This document shows positions 17,401-27,998 of a stretch of 64,000 bases of DNA, one piece after another (the stretch's first letter is position 1; every line of letters begins with the position of its first letter). Under the pieces are notes generated by a model that saw only the letters and a program-made list of their open reading frames with translations, had not been told where the DNA came from and ran no database searches. The stretch comes from Candidatus Altimarinota bacterium (GTDB lineage: Bacteria > Patescibacteriota > Gracilibacteria > CAIRYL01): assembly GCA_965250085.1 (NCBI GenBank), contig OZ252287.1, forward strand, positions 928,001 through 992,000, written 5' to 3'. The translations under genes were made by a program, and so were the position numbers.

Positions 17401-19119
17401 ATGGCAAAATCTCTTGAAGGATCTTCTGCATTGTCGCTATCTTCATTAGCAATGGAAGAGTTTTTTAGCCATGCAACGACGCAAGAACTAATGAAGGGAA
17501 TACTATCCGATTCAGACGATGAATCGCGTGCCTTAGAACAAATATTAAAAAATCCTCAACTTTTATTGCAATTATATGCGGACTGTATGCAGGTACGCAT
17601 AGAAGATGTTCCGTTTGAAAAGATAGAAAGCATCAGACTCTTTTTTCACGAACGCATTGCCACCCTCTGTCTTAAAAATCAAGAAACAAAGCAGTATGAG
17701 ATACAGCATCTTCAGTTCTTTCAAGAACATGCCCTCATGTTCATGGCTAATGGTTTTGTGCCCGTGTTGTGTGGAGAGAGGGATAATGCATGGGGAGCTC
17801 CCCTATATCCACTTTATGGAAGGATTGGAGGAGAAACGAATGGAACAGCATTTCCAGCCGAGCATATTAAACTTCTCAAGCTTCCTGAAGGAATAACAAT
17901 GGCTGATTTTGTGGAGCCTGCTGACAGAGAAGAGGTGATGCAAAAAGCGCAGAAAGGAACTCTGGGATTTAGCGAAGAGAACATAGCTCCGTATATGAGC
18001 GTACTTACGATGTCCGCGCATCGACAAGAAGGTCAGATCGATCATGTGGAATGTTCAAGCCCCATCACGGTTCCCATTGGAAATATTGCATCACATCCAC
18101 TAGAACAAGTGAGGCAGTATGGGACAGGGCTTTTTGAAGGGATGGCAGCAGAAAGAGGTCCTGATGGAGATATATATATTTTTGGACTGCAAAATCATTG
18201 GAAAAGAATGAACAAGGGAGCTGTCTTTCTCGGAATGCCAAAGGTTCCGATGGAAGCTTTTAAAAAAATGGTGATAGACACCATAAGAGCCAATGTGGAT
18301 TCCATCCCTCCGGCGGGGCAGGGAAGACTGTATCTTCGCCCCAATCTCTGGGACCATGGAGAGAAGATACACGTCGATACGTCTGATAAGTGTTTTGCGC
18401 TTTTGATTTCTGCCGTTACGATTGGAAGTCTGGAGAGTTATTTTGCCAAAGGAGAAAAAATATTTTTTATGCCTACAAATTTTCATCGAGCGGTAGACAG
18501 AGGCCTTGGCCAAACAAAGGCTATCGGGAACTACTCAGGCACTATTCAGCTTTTACAAAAGCTTGAGCAGCACAGGATGCATGGAGTGGTCTTTCTTGAT
18601 CCAAAGCAAAAGCGGATAGAAGAAACAAATGCATCTGGCGTGATTTTCATTCAGAAGACAAAAGACGGAGACTATCGGATCATTACACCAAGTCTCAAGC
18701 ACCAGACGATTCTGGACAGCATTACCCGAAAAACAATACTGGCTCTTGCCAAAGATAAGGGATGGGAAGTCGAAGAAAAAGATATCCATCCAGATGAAAT
18801 CTACGCGCTCACCCAAGAAGATGCAGAAGAACCAATTGTTGAAATGTATGCCATAGGAACTGGCGCAGGAATGGCTCCAGTTAATAAGCTTCAAATGGGA
18901 ACATTTACTATTGATGATGAAACAGGAGAAGGGTATTTGAAAAAAGAGGGGAAACCTCTTGTGGTCAGTGAGTATGATTTACAAAATCCATGGGGAGAAG
19001 CCGGAAAAATAATTTTAGAAAAATTACTCAAGGCAAAAAATGGAGTACTGGCAACAGAACACCCAGAAAAAGAATATTTACAGTGGGTAACAAGGATCAG
19101 CCTTGATTCCACAGACTAA
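17401..19119 (+). CDS. Class IV aminotransferase (BCAT-like) with a ~190-aa unrecognised N-terminal extension
   Basis: QYGTGLFEGM, LYLRP, TKAIGNY, IEETNAS, ILDSITR, AIGTGAG. Confidence 0.82.
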   Translation: MAKSLEGSSALSLSSLAMEEFFSHATTQELMKGILSDSDDESRALEQILKNPQLLLQLYADCMQVRIEDVPFEKIESIRLFFHERIATLCLKNQETKQYEIQHLQFFQEHALMFMANGFVPVLCGERDNAWGAPLYPLYGRIGGETNGTAFPAEHIKLLKLPEGITMADFVEPADREEVMQKAQKGTLGFSEENIAPYMSVLTMSAHRQEGQIDHVECSSPITVPIGNIASHPLEQVRQYGTGLFEGMAAERGPDGDIYIFGLQNHWKRMNKGAVFLGMPKVPMEAFKKMVIDTIRANVDSIPPAGQGRLYLRPNLWDHGEKIHVDTSDKCFALLISAVTIGSLESYFAKGEKIFFMPTNFHRAVDRGLGQTKAIGNYSGTIQLLQKLEQHRMHGVVFLDPKQKRIEETNASGVIFIQKTKDGDYRIITPSLKHQTILDSITRKTILALAKDKGWEVEEKDIHPDEIYALTQEDAEEPIVEMYAIGTGAGMAPVNKLQMGTFTIDDETGEGYLKKEGKPLVVSEYDLQNPWGEAGKIILEKLLKAKNGVLATEHPEKEYLQWVTRISLDSTD

Positions 19120-21329
19120 AGATAGATTTCCCTTGGTTTCGCTCCTCTTGCCGGTCCGATCATTCCTTTCTCTTCCAAAATATCGAGAATACGTGCCGCA
19201 CGCGCATATCCTACGGAGAGACGTCTTTGCAGTAATGATGCTGAAGCTTTTCCTGTACTGCGAATTACCTCTATGGCAGCTCCTTCCAGATCATCGCTCC
19301 CCCCACCCCCTCCAAATCCTCCTCCATGTGCGTTGGGGGCTGCATTCTCTTCAGAGATAAGGTCAATTTGTTCCGCATCCCCTGCGGTCAATTTTACATG
19401 ATTCACCACCCGCTCAGTCTCTTTCCCGGAAATATAAATTCCCTGAATGCGCTGCGGCCTGGAAAGCTTGGGATTGGTATAGAGCATATCTCCTTTTCCG
19501 AGGAGATCTTCAGCCCCAATACTGTCGAGAATTGTCCTTGAATCGATAGAAGAAGTTACTGAAAAAGAAATACGGGTAGGAATGTTTGCCTTAATCAGTC
19601 CGGTCACCACATCCACAGAAGGTCTTTGAGTCGCAATCAGCAAGTGCATACCCACAGCTCGTGCCATCTGTGCAATACGGCAGACCATCGCTTCGGTATC
19701 TTTTTTGTACTGCCGCATCATCAGATCTGCCAGCTCATCAATGACCAAGACAATCTTGGGAATCTTTTCTTCTTCATTGGCATTATATTCTCCAATATTT
19801 CGGTATCCCTTTTCACTAAATTCTGAATAGCGACGCATCATTTCATTGACACTCCACCTGAGAGCAGAAAGAGCCTTGTCGGCATCAGTAATTACTGGTG
19901 TAAGAAGATGAGGAATACCATTAAATGGCATGAGTTCTACTCGCTTTGGATCAACGAGAACAAGGCGAAGATCTGCTGGTGAATTTTGGAACAAGAGAGA
20001 AGTCAAAAAAGTATTCATCGCCACTGATTTTCCCGAGCCAGTAGCACCGGCAATAAGCAAGTGTGGCATATCTGCCAAATCTGCGACGATAGGATCTCCA
20101 GAAACGTTTCTGCCAATCGGCAGGCGAAGCATTCCAGAGGCTTCTGCAAATTCTGGAGAGTCCAAAATTTCCCGAAGGTGGACCACAGTCCGCTCGATAT
20201 TTGGGATTTCGATCCCCACCAGATTTTTACCCGGAATAGGAGCTTCGATACGCACGCTCTTGGCGGAAAGTGAAAGTGCCAATTCGTTTTTAAGGTTTGT
20301 AATCTTCGAAAGCTTCACCGCTTCGTCAGGAACGAGAGTAAATTGCGTCACGGTTGGGCCAATGTGTGCCGTGCGCATCTCTACCGGAATGCCAAAGTTG
20401 GCAAGTGTCTTTTGAATCTCTTCCGCCATGCGCTTGAGCTCACTATCCTTTGTATGAATTTCTGAAACGGAAGGATCCAACAAATCAAGGCCTGGGGGCT
20501 CCCAGTTAGAAGCATCAACGGTAGGAATTGTCTTAGGCGTAGTTTCTTTTTTCTGAGAAGAAGGGTTTTCAACTTTTGGAAATGACGGGCGTTTCACCTG
20601 GAAAGCATCTTTTTCACGTTCTTTTTCCAGAGCTTTTTTCATACCCTTTTCGACTTCTTTCTGCAGAAATTCTGGCCGCAGGATAGTAATTTTTTCAGCA
20701 GATTTTTTTCGAGATCCTTTTTTCTTTTTTCTGGGCACAAAAAAAGTAAGAAGTGACCAGAGCCATATCCCCACCTCTTTGAGGGAGATTTGAAATGCGA
20801 CCAAAACACCAATAAGAAAGAATCCAAACAAGAGCAAAAGAGCGCCTATATCTCCTAAGGACATGCGAAATAAAAGGCTGGAAGCAACTCCAAAAAGCCC
20901 CGCGGCTTCTTCAGGATGATTGAGAAATGGCGAACTCATGTAGATCGAAGGCATACGCCATGTATGAAAAACTCCAGATGCACCAAAAAGTACAAAAAAG
21001 CTTCCCAAGAGAGTTGTGAAATTAAAATTTGTTTTCCGGCCGAAAAATGCTGCAAAACTTAGCCCGGCAAAGAGAAATGGCAAAATCCATGCACCCACTC
21101 CAAAGAGAGTAATTAAAAGCGCACTCGTTTTCTCACCCACGATGCCAAGATTTCCTAAAAGACTCAGCAGAAAGAGGGTTCCGAGGAGTGCAAAAATAAC
21201 CCCCGCTACTTCCTGCGATATTGACTTTGGAATATCGATTTCCATTTTTGGCATTTTTGGAAAGAGAGGAACGCTTTTTTGTTTTTTTCTACGAGGAGTG
21301 GCGCGCCGGCGTCTTCTGCGAATAGCCAT
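19116..21329 (-). CDS. ftsK: DNA translocase FtsK/SpoIIIE
   Basis: N-terminal TM domain, RIEAPIPGK, HLLIAGATGSGKS, IDELADLM, ATQRPSVDV, gamma domain SLLQRRLSVGYARAAR. Confidence 0.97.
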   Translation of the reverse strand: MAIRRRRRRATPRRKKQKSVPLFPKMPKMEIDIPKSISQEVAGVIFALLGTLFLLSLLGNLGIVGEKTSALLITLFGVGAWILPFLFAGLSFAAFFGRKTNFNFTTLLGSFFVLFGASGVFHTWRMPSIYMSSPFLNHPEEAAGLFGVASSLLFRMSLGDIGALLLLFGFFLIGVLVAFQISLKEVGIWLWSLLTFFVPRKKKKGSRKKSAEKITILRPEFLQKEVEKGMKKALEKEREKDAFQVKRPSFPKVENPSSQKKETTPKTIPTVDASNWEPPGLDLLDPSVSEIHTKDSELKRMAEEIQKTLANFGIPVEMRTAHIGPTVTQFTLVPDEAVKLSKITNLKNELALSLSAKSVRIEAPIPGKNLVGIEIPNIERTVVHLREILDSPEFAEASGMLRLPIGRNVSGDPIVADLADMPHLLIAGATGSGKSVAMNTFLTSLLFQNSPADLRLVLVDPKRVELMPFNGIPHLLTPVITDADKALSALRWSVNEMMRRYSEFSEKGYRNIGEYNANEEEKIPKIVLVIDELADLMMRQYKKDTEAMVCRIAQMARAVGMHLLIATQRPSVDVVTGLIKANIPTRISFSVTSSIDSRTILDSIGAEDLLGKGDMLYTNPKLSRPQRIQGIYISGKETERVVNHVKLTAGDAEQIDLISEENAAPNAHGGGFGGGGGSDDLEGAAIEVIRSTGKASASLLQRRLSVGYARAARILDILEEKGMIGPARGAKPREIYL

Positions 21330-21451
21330 ACAGAATTAAGAGAGAACAAGTCTCCGCCATTTTCTCAGAGTTCCATGGCAGAGGCAAGGAAGGAGATCCT
21401 TTTGGAATACTTTCCTAATAGTATATATTTAAAAAAGCCCTTCCCCCAATT

Positions 21452-22405
21452 ATGTCTCAATTACAAACAGCAAATACTATTGCCTTGATACGCCCCGCCA
21501 ATTTTACCTGGAATACGGAGACAAATGATAATGCGTTTATTCAGTATAATGCCAATATTTTGGACGAACAACAAAAGGCATTAGAGGAATTTGATCGTTT
21601 TTCTCATCTTCTTCAAGATCATGGCATTACTGTTCTCATTTTTAATGACTCCTCTGAGCCTCATACACCCGATAGTATCTTTCCCAACAATGCGATTTCA
21701 ACTCACGTGGATGGAACTCTTTGTTTCTACTCTCTCAAACCACAAAACAGGCGACTTGAAATCATAAAACACAAAGAGTGGATGAATACTCTTCGAGAAA
21801 AATTCACGATATCTAAAATATATGACTACTCTTTCGAACACGAAAAGAAAATATTTCTTGAAGGCACTGGGAGCATGGTCCTGGATCGAGAAAATAAAAT
21901 TTGTTACGCTGCTATTTCTGAGCGAACAACACCACAGATGTTATGTCAGTGGGAAGCCGATCAAGGATATAAAGTGATTTCATTTCACACTTCGCACAAG
22001 TCCTCTGGAACTGAGAAAACGAGCCCCGTATACCATACAAATGTGCTGATGAGCGTGGGAACTCATTTTGTGGCGATATGCTGGGAAGTTATTTCTGATA
22101 AAAATGAAAGAAAAAAACTTCGCGATGCATTTGAAAGTACCAAGAAAACAACAATTGCTATTACACCAGAACAAATGGATCATTTTGCTGGAAATATATT
22201 GGAAGTTCGGAATCAAGAGAATGAACATTTTATCGTCATGTCCCAGAAAGCCTTCAGAAGTTTATCTTTGGATCAAAAAGAACATTTAAAGAGGAAAGGA
22301 GGCAATATTTTAGCCCCTGATATTTCCACAATAGAAACGGTTGGCGGCGGAAGCACCAGATGCATGATGTTAGAAATATTTTTGCCACAAAAAAATACTA
22401 TTTGA
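21452..22405 (+). CDS. Amidinotransferase / CtlX-like citrulline-utilisation hydrolase
   Basis: TPDSIFPNN, FLEGTGSMVLDR, YHTNV, GGGSTRCM. Confidence 0.88.
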   Translation: MSQLQTANTIALIRPANFTWNTETNDNAFIQYNANILDEQQKALEEFDRFSHLLQDHGITVLIFNDSSEPHTPDSIFPNNAISTHVDGTLCFYSLKPQNRRLEIIKHKEWMNTLREKFTISKIYDYSFEHEKKIFLEGTGSMVLDRENKICYAAISERTTPQMLCQWEADQGYKVISFHTSHKSSGTEKTSPVYHTNVLMSVGTHFVAICWEVISDKNERKKLRDAFESTKKTTIAITPEQMDHFAGNILEVRNQENEHFIVMSQKAFRSLSLDQKEHLKRKGGNILAPDISTIETVGGGSTRCMMLEIFLPQKNTI

Positions 22406-23096
22406 TAACCTGTAAAACCCATCCAGCAAATACATCGAGCCACCCAAAAAAGAAAGCGATTCCTGTGAGGATCAATATCCATCCCATAATGTGATGTGTA
22501 TATTTAGCAATACGTGAAAGTTTTTTTAGCATTTTTTTCACCTCCGGCACAAAAAGACTGCAAATCAGAAAGGGGATGGTGAGACCCAAAGAAAAGAATA
22601 TGAGAAGCCACATTCCAGCGCGAGCAGTTGCTTCACCGGTTGCCAAAAACAAAATCGATCCCCAAATAGGCCCCGTACAGGCAAGAGAAGCAAATCCGAA
22701 GGTAGCTCCGAGAAGAAGATCACGCATGACGCGAGAGGAGGAGTGAAGACGGCTCATAATACCTCCTGGATTCACAGCAGGAAGAGGGATAATATCCAAA
22801 AGCATCAGCCCAAAAATTATAAAAAGAACGCCACCTATGCGCTGAAATAGTTCTTTGTGAACTGCAAGAGGGGTTCCGAGAAAGCGGACACTCATTCCGA
22901 TCAGAGCAAACGCAGTAGCAAAACCAAAGGCAAAGATAAGAGTATTGCCAAATATCTTCCAGCGAGAATTTTTTTGGACAGCACTGCCTCCCAGAAATGC
23001 AAAGAACCCAGGAAGGACAGGAATGATGCACGGCGAAAAAAAGGCCGCAATTCCAGCAAGAAATGCGACCCAAAGTGTAATATTCGCAAGTTCCAT
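22398..23096 (-). CDS. ccdA: CcdA/DsbD-type membrane electron transporter
   Basis: FFSPCIIP and ACTGP cysteine motifs, six TM segments. Confidence 0.9.
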   Translation of the reverse strand: MELANITLWVAFLAGIAAFFSPCIIPVLPGFFAFLGGSAVQKNSRWKIFGNTLIFAFGFATAFALIGMSVRFLGTPLAVHKELFQRIGGVLFIIFGLMLLDIIPLPAVNPGGIMSRLHSSSRVMRDLLLGATFGFASLACTGPIWGSILFLATGEATARAGMWLLIFFSLGLTIPFLICSLFVPEVKKMLKKLSRIAKYTHHIMGWILILTGIAFFFGWLDVFAGWVLQVIK

Positions 23097-23102
23097 AATA
23101 TT

Positions 23103-23885
23103 CTATGAGCTGACTTCTTCAATAGCGGCATTGAGAGTCGCCTCAGGAACAGCCCCTGGCACAAGCCTCACCTTTCCAGTTTTTGTGTTGAGTAGAATGT
23201 TCCCAGGAGTTCCGATCACACCGATACTGGCCCCTTCTGTGAAATCTGCTTGAACACGACCAGCCATCTCATCTGAATCAAGACAATTTTGGAAAGCATC
23301 AGCATCAATGCCTATACTACTGGCAATCGCACCAAGACCCTCCACCTTATGAGATCCAAATTCTTCTCCAAAAATGACATCACTAAACTTCCAGAAAGCT
23401 TCATCATCTCCGAGTTTTGCAACACATTCACTCGCTTCGCCTTTCTTTTGAGCTCCAGCATGAATACTCAACGGAAAATGCCGATAAATCCATGCGACTC
23501 GTCCACCAGAATTGTCCACAACGGATTGAGCAGTAGGATGAAATCGTTGGCAATACGGACACTCAAAATCAGAATATTCAATCAAGAGGATCTCTGCATC
23601 GCGGGAACCAACAACATGATCAGATTCGCGCAACCCAGGAACCGATTCGGCTTTTTCTGCAGCTTCTTTTTGCTGAACCTCTTGAGCATTACGAGCTTCT
23701 TCCTCCTGACGACCAACATATCGATCAATTCCTGCATCTACAGCAGAGTCAAGACCTTTCAAATAGTCTCCCAAAGGGGGAACGCCAGTAAAAAGGAAAA
23801 TAAGAACCAGGAGATTCAACACTGACAAAATAGCAATGACAGCATGAATAATTTTTGAAAGAGAAGGATTTTCTTTTTTGGACAT
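23103..23885 (-). CDS. Membrane-anchored DsbA/thioredoxin-fold oxidoreductase
   Basis: EYSDFECPYC, YRHFPL, GVIGTPG; N-terminal TM. Start set at MSKKEN. Confidence 0.92.
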   Translation of the reverse strand: MSKKENPSLSKIIHAVIAILSVLNLLVLIFLFTGVPPLGDYLKGLDSAVDAGIDRYVGRQEEEARNAQEVQQKEAAEKAESVPGLRESDHVVGSRDAEILLIEYSDFECPYCQRFHPTAQSVVDNSGGRVAWIYRHFPLSIHAGAQKKGEASECVAKLGDDEAFWKFSDVIFGEEFGSHKVEGLGAIASSIGIDADAFQNCLDSDEMAGRVQADFTEGASIGVIGTPGNILLNTKTGKVRLVPGAVPEATLNAAIEEVSS

Positions 23886-23978
23886 AAGGAGATAAGAAAG
23901 AGTAAAAATAAGTGCGGAAAATAGTGTCGCGAAATTCTGAAGAAAAGTAAAACACTTTCTCCTGCACATATGTGAGAT

Positions 23979-25748
23979 TTATTCCTGCAAAGAAGGGAAC
24001 CGTTCATTTCTGAGTTTAATAGAGATGTTTTCTGGAAGAGAGGGAATTCGCCTGTTCCAAAATGGCCAAAGAGAGATCTCTACTGCAGAAACTTCTTCTC
24101 GATTGGACAGCAAAGCTTCCGCTTCTTCTTTTGAAAGACCTGTGATTTGTGATTTTATTTCATTTACAAATAAAATCCCTGCTTCACTCCGAGGATCAAT
24201 CAAAAATTCTTCTGCTCCTCGAGAAGGAATAGAAATTTTCAAAAATCCCTCTTGTTCATTTTTTTCGAGAAGCTCAGCTGCATTTTCATTGATATCAATT
24301 GCAGCCAGCCTCATTGAAGAATCAGTTTTAGTAGAAAGATGTGCCCAGAGAAGTTTTCTGAGTTCAGAATCAGAATATGCCCAAGCGCGGACGCGTATTT
24401 TTGCAGCAATAGTAAAGCTTTCTTGCGTCGTTCCAAGAATATCTTTTTCTATTTCCAAGTCCAGAACCTCTTTTTCCACAAAACCTTTTCCCAAAAGCAA
24501 AACAAGATCTGTACTTTCCTCATGATTTTTTTCTTGCAAGAATCGCAAAATATCTTTTTCAGCACCTTCCAAAAGCTCTGACTCAATTTTATTTTGCGCC
24601 GCCTCTATATCGACTTCCGCAATTCTCGGAATCCAATCAGTAAATCCTCCAGAAAAATGTTCTTCAGATTCTGCCCACAGTCCTGTTTGAGAAGACTCTG
24701 GAAGACCCGGAAGAAAAAACTTTTGTGGACTTATATTTCCTCTTTCTCCAACAAATTCTCCAAAAACATCTTGTTCATCGGCAACCACCGGCATTTTAAG
24801 CGTGCCCGGTACTAATTCGCCATTGGGATTTGTGATGGATGAAGGGATAATGACCCAATCTTCTATACGAAAAACAAGTCCTACATTGTTTTGAAACCTC
24901 GTAGTGGGACGAAGACGCTTCTCCTCAGGAAACGCGTTATAAATCACAATTTCTCCATTTGCATTGGTCCCTTGAAACTCTTTGGAGACAGTGGGAAATT
25001 CTATAGCTTTTTCGAAAACAGATTCGAGAGGAACTCCTATCACGTGATCTTCTTTCAAAATATCAGGATCAACATTTCCTTTTTCTGCGTTAATGAGCTG
25101 CAAATTCGTAATGGTTTCAATAGCTTTTGTTTCTGGAGTAATAAAAACAGTTGACCCGGGAAAAGCGACAAAGGAAAGAAAAAAGAATAACGCCACAGAA
25201 AAAAGAAGAAGGAGAGAAAGAGCTTGCCAAGAAGGCTCTGTCAAAAACTCTTTCCAACTCTGAGGACGATGAAATGTGTAGTGAGGATTTTCTTCTATGG
25301 TAATAGGAACTTTTCGTATGGAGGATGGAAAGTCTTTTTCCGTGTTTTTTTTGGCAACAATAGCATCCTTTGGTGCCTTTTTCCCCCAGTGCTCAAGGGA
25401 GGGATGTGCTTCTATAAGGGCCGTTTCACACATTTTACGACCCTTTGGATAATGTGTAATAATTATGAGATTTTTCCCATTTTTTTCTGCTTCTGTGTGA
25501 AGAATTTGAAGATTGACAATACTCTCAAAGATAATAGATTTTCGAGAGAGCACAAATACAGTTGTATCTGATTTACAATTTTTCATGCTTTGGATCAAAT
25601 CTGAGAGATCTGCATTTTGATCCATATAAAAAACTCGCTCATTCATGCTCTTTTTCTTCAAAAAATCAGGCAGAAAGAAAGATACGGACTTTTCTCTTTT
25701 TTGTGAAGAAGCAAAATATCTGTCATGTTTTTTTGAACTCCAAAACAC
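23979..25748 (-). CDS. Membrane-anchored protein with a probable baseplate-J-like extracellular region
   Basis: N-terminal alpha/beta domain, one TM, then ANGEIVIYN...TRF...GERGNI...FSGG and a terminal EISLWPFW...IP motif. Confidence 0.6.
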   Translation of the reverse strand: MFWSSKKHDRYFASSQKREKSVSFFLPDFLKKKSMNERVFYMDQNADLSDLIQSMKNCKSDTTVFVLSRKSIIFESIVNLQILHTEAEKNGKNLIIITHYPKGRKMCETALIEAHPSLEHWGKKAPKDAIVAKKNTEKDFPSSIRKVPITIEENPHYTFHRPQSWKEFLTEPSWQALSLLLLFSVALFFFLSFVAFPGSTVFITPETKAIETITNLQLINAEKGNVDPDILKEDHVIGVPLESVFEKAIEFPTVSKEFQGTNANGEIVIYNAFPEEKRLRPTTRFQNNVGLVFRIEDWVIIPSSITNPNGELVPGTLKMPVVADEQDVFGEFVGERGNISPQKFFLPGLPESSQTGLWAESEEHFSGGFTDWIPRIAEVDIEAAQNKIESELLEGAEKDILRFLQEKNHEESTDLVLLLGKGFVEKEVLDLEIEKDILGTTQESFTIAAKIRVRAWAYSDSELRKLLWAHLSTKTDSSMRLAAIDINENAAELLEKNEQEGFLKISIPSRGAEEFLIDPRSEAGILFVNEIKSQITGLSKEEAEALLSNREEVSAVEISLWPFWNRRIPSLPENISIKLRNERFPSLQE

Positions 25749-25835
25749 ATACTATTTTTCGGATACTAATCGGCTTACTTTGCAATCCATTTTCTTTTCT
25801 GAGAAAATAGCGGTCGTATTTTACTTATACGCGCT

Positions 25836-27665
25836 ATGACTCCTGAAGAAGAAAAAAACGTGTTTCTCGAATCACTCAAAAAAGGACAAGAAGCCTCCGA
25901 AGGTCAAAGCCAAGGAAGAAAGAAAAAAGGGCTTTCCGGAATAGCGCTGTTTGCAACGTTGTTTTTGCTGTTTCTTCTGGTGATCACTCTCCTGATCTTC
26001 ATTATTTCTATTGGAGGGGCTAATAATCCTATTCTGCAGAGCTTTGGAATCGACAGCGCAGAGGTCAAAGAGTTTCTCAAGTCACTGGTCAATTGGGTTT
26101 TTGGTGCGCTGACAATTCTCTTGCTCCTGCTCTTCTCCATAGGGCTCTTTCGTGCTATTTCTGCCAAAAAAGAAGAAAAACAAAAAAGGAGAAGATCACT
26201 TCTTTTTGGAGTGGTGTGTGGAGGGCTCATTTTTGCAGTAGTTCTCGCATGGCTTGGTATGTTTACGTACATTACGAACTTGCCAGAGCCAGACTTGGCA
26301 GAAAAATACAAAATTCAGGCTATGAATATGAATGTGACAGACTCCATTACCGCTCCCGCAACACTTTCTTTTTCCGCAGGAGATATTGAAGAAATACTCA
26401 GGCAGCAGGGAAGAAAAGTACAACGATTTTTATGGGACAAAGAAGGGGATGGTATTTTTGAAATCGATAATGGAAAGGATCCCAATATCGATCTGTATTT
26501 CTCTGACCAAGGCCGACAAACGATAGCTCTTCTTGTGGAGCTCGAAAATGGAGAAACAGAAAAATTTCAAATCGCATTCAACATTTCCCAAGTTGTATTT
26601 GAAGCTCTTCCATCTTCAGGAGAAGTCCCTCTCACAGTTGAATTTAACGCCTCTGAAGTTACCAGGGACTTAGCAGTGAGAACATATGAATGGGATTTTG
26701 AAGGAACAGGGGAATACGAGTCTTCATCAAGCCCAAAAACAATTCATACATTTGAAACAATAGGAATTTTTCCAGTAAAACTCAGAGTGATTTTACAAGA
26801 CGATCGTGTAAAAAACTTTGAGAGGGAAGTTACTGTTCTCGGATCACTCTCTGAAGACACAACAAATGCCCCTTCTCTTTTTATGACTACAAATCCAAGA
26901 GCAGACGATCAGGGAAGGATACGAGCAGAAAAAAGTCCATTACTCGTATCTTTTGATGCTACGAAAACAACAGATGCAGAAGATGATATTGTTTCCTTCG
27001 AGTGGGACTTTACGGGAGACGGTATTCCAGATGCATATGGAGAAAAAGCAGAGTACGAATTTATTACCTCGGGCACTTTTGCCGTAACCCTCACAGTTAT
27101 CGACGCAAAAGAGAACAGAAGTACAAAAGAGATTTTGGTCATTACCCAAAAAGATGCTGTATCAGCAATTATTCTTGCAACCCCAGAAACAGGGGCTGCG
27201 CCGCTCACCATAGAGTTTGATGGTTCACATTCCACATGTGGAGACGAATGCCACATTCTTTCTTATGAATGGAATTTTAATGACGGAACACCAGTCCAAG
27301 TAACAGGAGCACACACGACTCACACGTATACCAAGGTAGGAACATTCTCAGTGCAACTTAAAGTGACGACTGACAGTGGAGAAACAGCCGAAGGAGAAAA
27401 AATTGTAGCCGTTCGTGTTCCACCGTTAAGCGCCTGCTTTACTTCTAGCAGGATTCAAGGAACTGCGCCATTGACCATTACATTCCAAGATTGTTCTGAG
27501 GGAACGACTTCTTTCTGGAAATGGGACTTTGGAGATGGCTTCCTTTCCGAGGAACAAGCACCTACGCACGTATTCCAGGACTCAGGAGAATACACAGTGA
27601 TTCTTTCTATTACAAATGAGAATGGGACTACTTCCCAAGCGTCAGAAAATATTACAGCGCAGTAG
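25836..27665 (+). CDS. Membrane-anchored PKD-repeat surface protein
   Basis: Three N-terminal TM segments, then repeated PLTV.F...YEWDF.G/WDFGDG...HTY PKD motifs. Confidence 0.9.
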   Translation: MTPEEEKNVFLESLKKGQEASEGQSQGRKKKGLSGIALFATLFLLFLLVITLLIFIISIGGANNPILQSFGIDSAEVKEFLKSLVNWVFGALTILLLLLFSIGLFRAISAKKEEKQKRRRSLLFGVVCGGLIFAVVLAWLGMFTYITNLPEPDLAEKYKIQAMNMNVTDSITAPATLSFSAGDIEEILRQQGRKVQRFLWDKEGDGIFEIDNGKDPNIDLYFSDQGRQTIALLVELENGETEKFQIAFNISQVVFEALPSSGEVPLTVEFNASEVTRDLAVRTYEWDFEGTGEYESSSSPKTIHTFETIGIFPVKLRVILQDDRVKNFEREVTVLGSLSEDTTNAPSLFMTTNPRADDQGRIRAEKSPLLVSFDATKTTDAEDDIVSFEWDFTGDGIPDAYGEKAEYEFITSGTFAVTLTVIDAKENRSTKEILVITQKDAVSAIILATPETGAAPLTIEFDGSHSTCGDECHILSYEWNFNDGTPVQVTGAHTTHTYTKVGTFSVQLKVTTDSGETAEGEKIVAVRVPPLSACFTSSRIQGTAPLTITFQDCSEGTTSFWKWDFGDGFLSEEQAPTHVFQDSGEYTVILSITNENGTTSQASENITAQ

Positions 27666-27716
27666 AGCTCTCAATATTTACAAATAACTTCTTTAAAAAA
27701 TCTTATATTTATTTTT

Positions 27717-27827
27717 ATGAATAAAAAAACGCAAAAAGCCATGGTAATGACACTCGCCCTTCTTTCTATTCTTGCCCTTCTGGGAAGTGTAATACTCCCG
27801 TTCCTTCCAATTGCGACTGGAAATTAG
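27717..27827 (+). CDS. 36-aa single-TM peptide
   Basis: Below the ORF-track cutoff. MNKKTQKAMVMTLALLSILALLGSVILPFLPIATGN*, preceded by the AT-rich leader seen before other genes here. Confidence 0.55.
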   Translation: MNKKTQKAMVMTLALLSILALLGSVILPFLPIATGN

Positions 27828-27921
27828 GCTTTTTACCTCGAAACATTTAAATTTTCTCAACTTCAGAAAATAGAATCTCTGATTTTAAAACGTGGAACAA
27901 TGATATATCTCAGGATAATTA

Positions 27922-27998
27922 TGGGGCGACCGATGGGATTCGAACCCACGACATCCGGGATCACAACCCGACGTTCTAACCCCTGAACTACGGTCGCC
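27922..27998 (-). tRNA. tRNA-His(GTG)
   Basis: G-1/C73 pair, GCGACCG acceptor stem, anticodon loop TTGTGAT, GTTCGAAT T-loop, CCA end. Upstream TTGCAT-17-TAAACT promoter. Confidence 0.97.

Noticed and set aside
23979-25748. Prophage or contractile injection system
   Set aside because: No integrase, capsid, terminase, sheath or tube genes anywhere in the window.
27885-27900. parS site (…CGTGGAACA)
   Set aside because: Only the right half matches the consensus.
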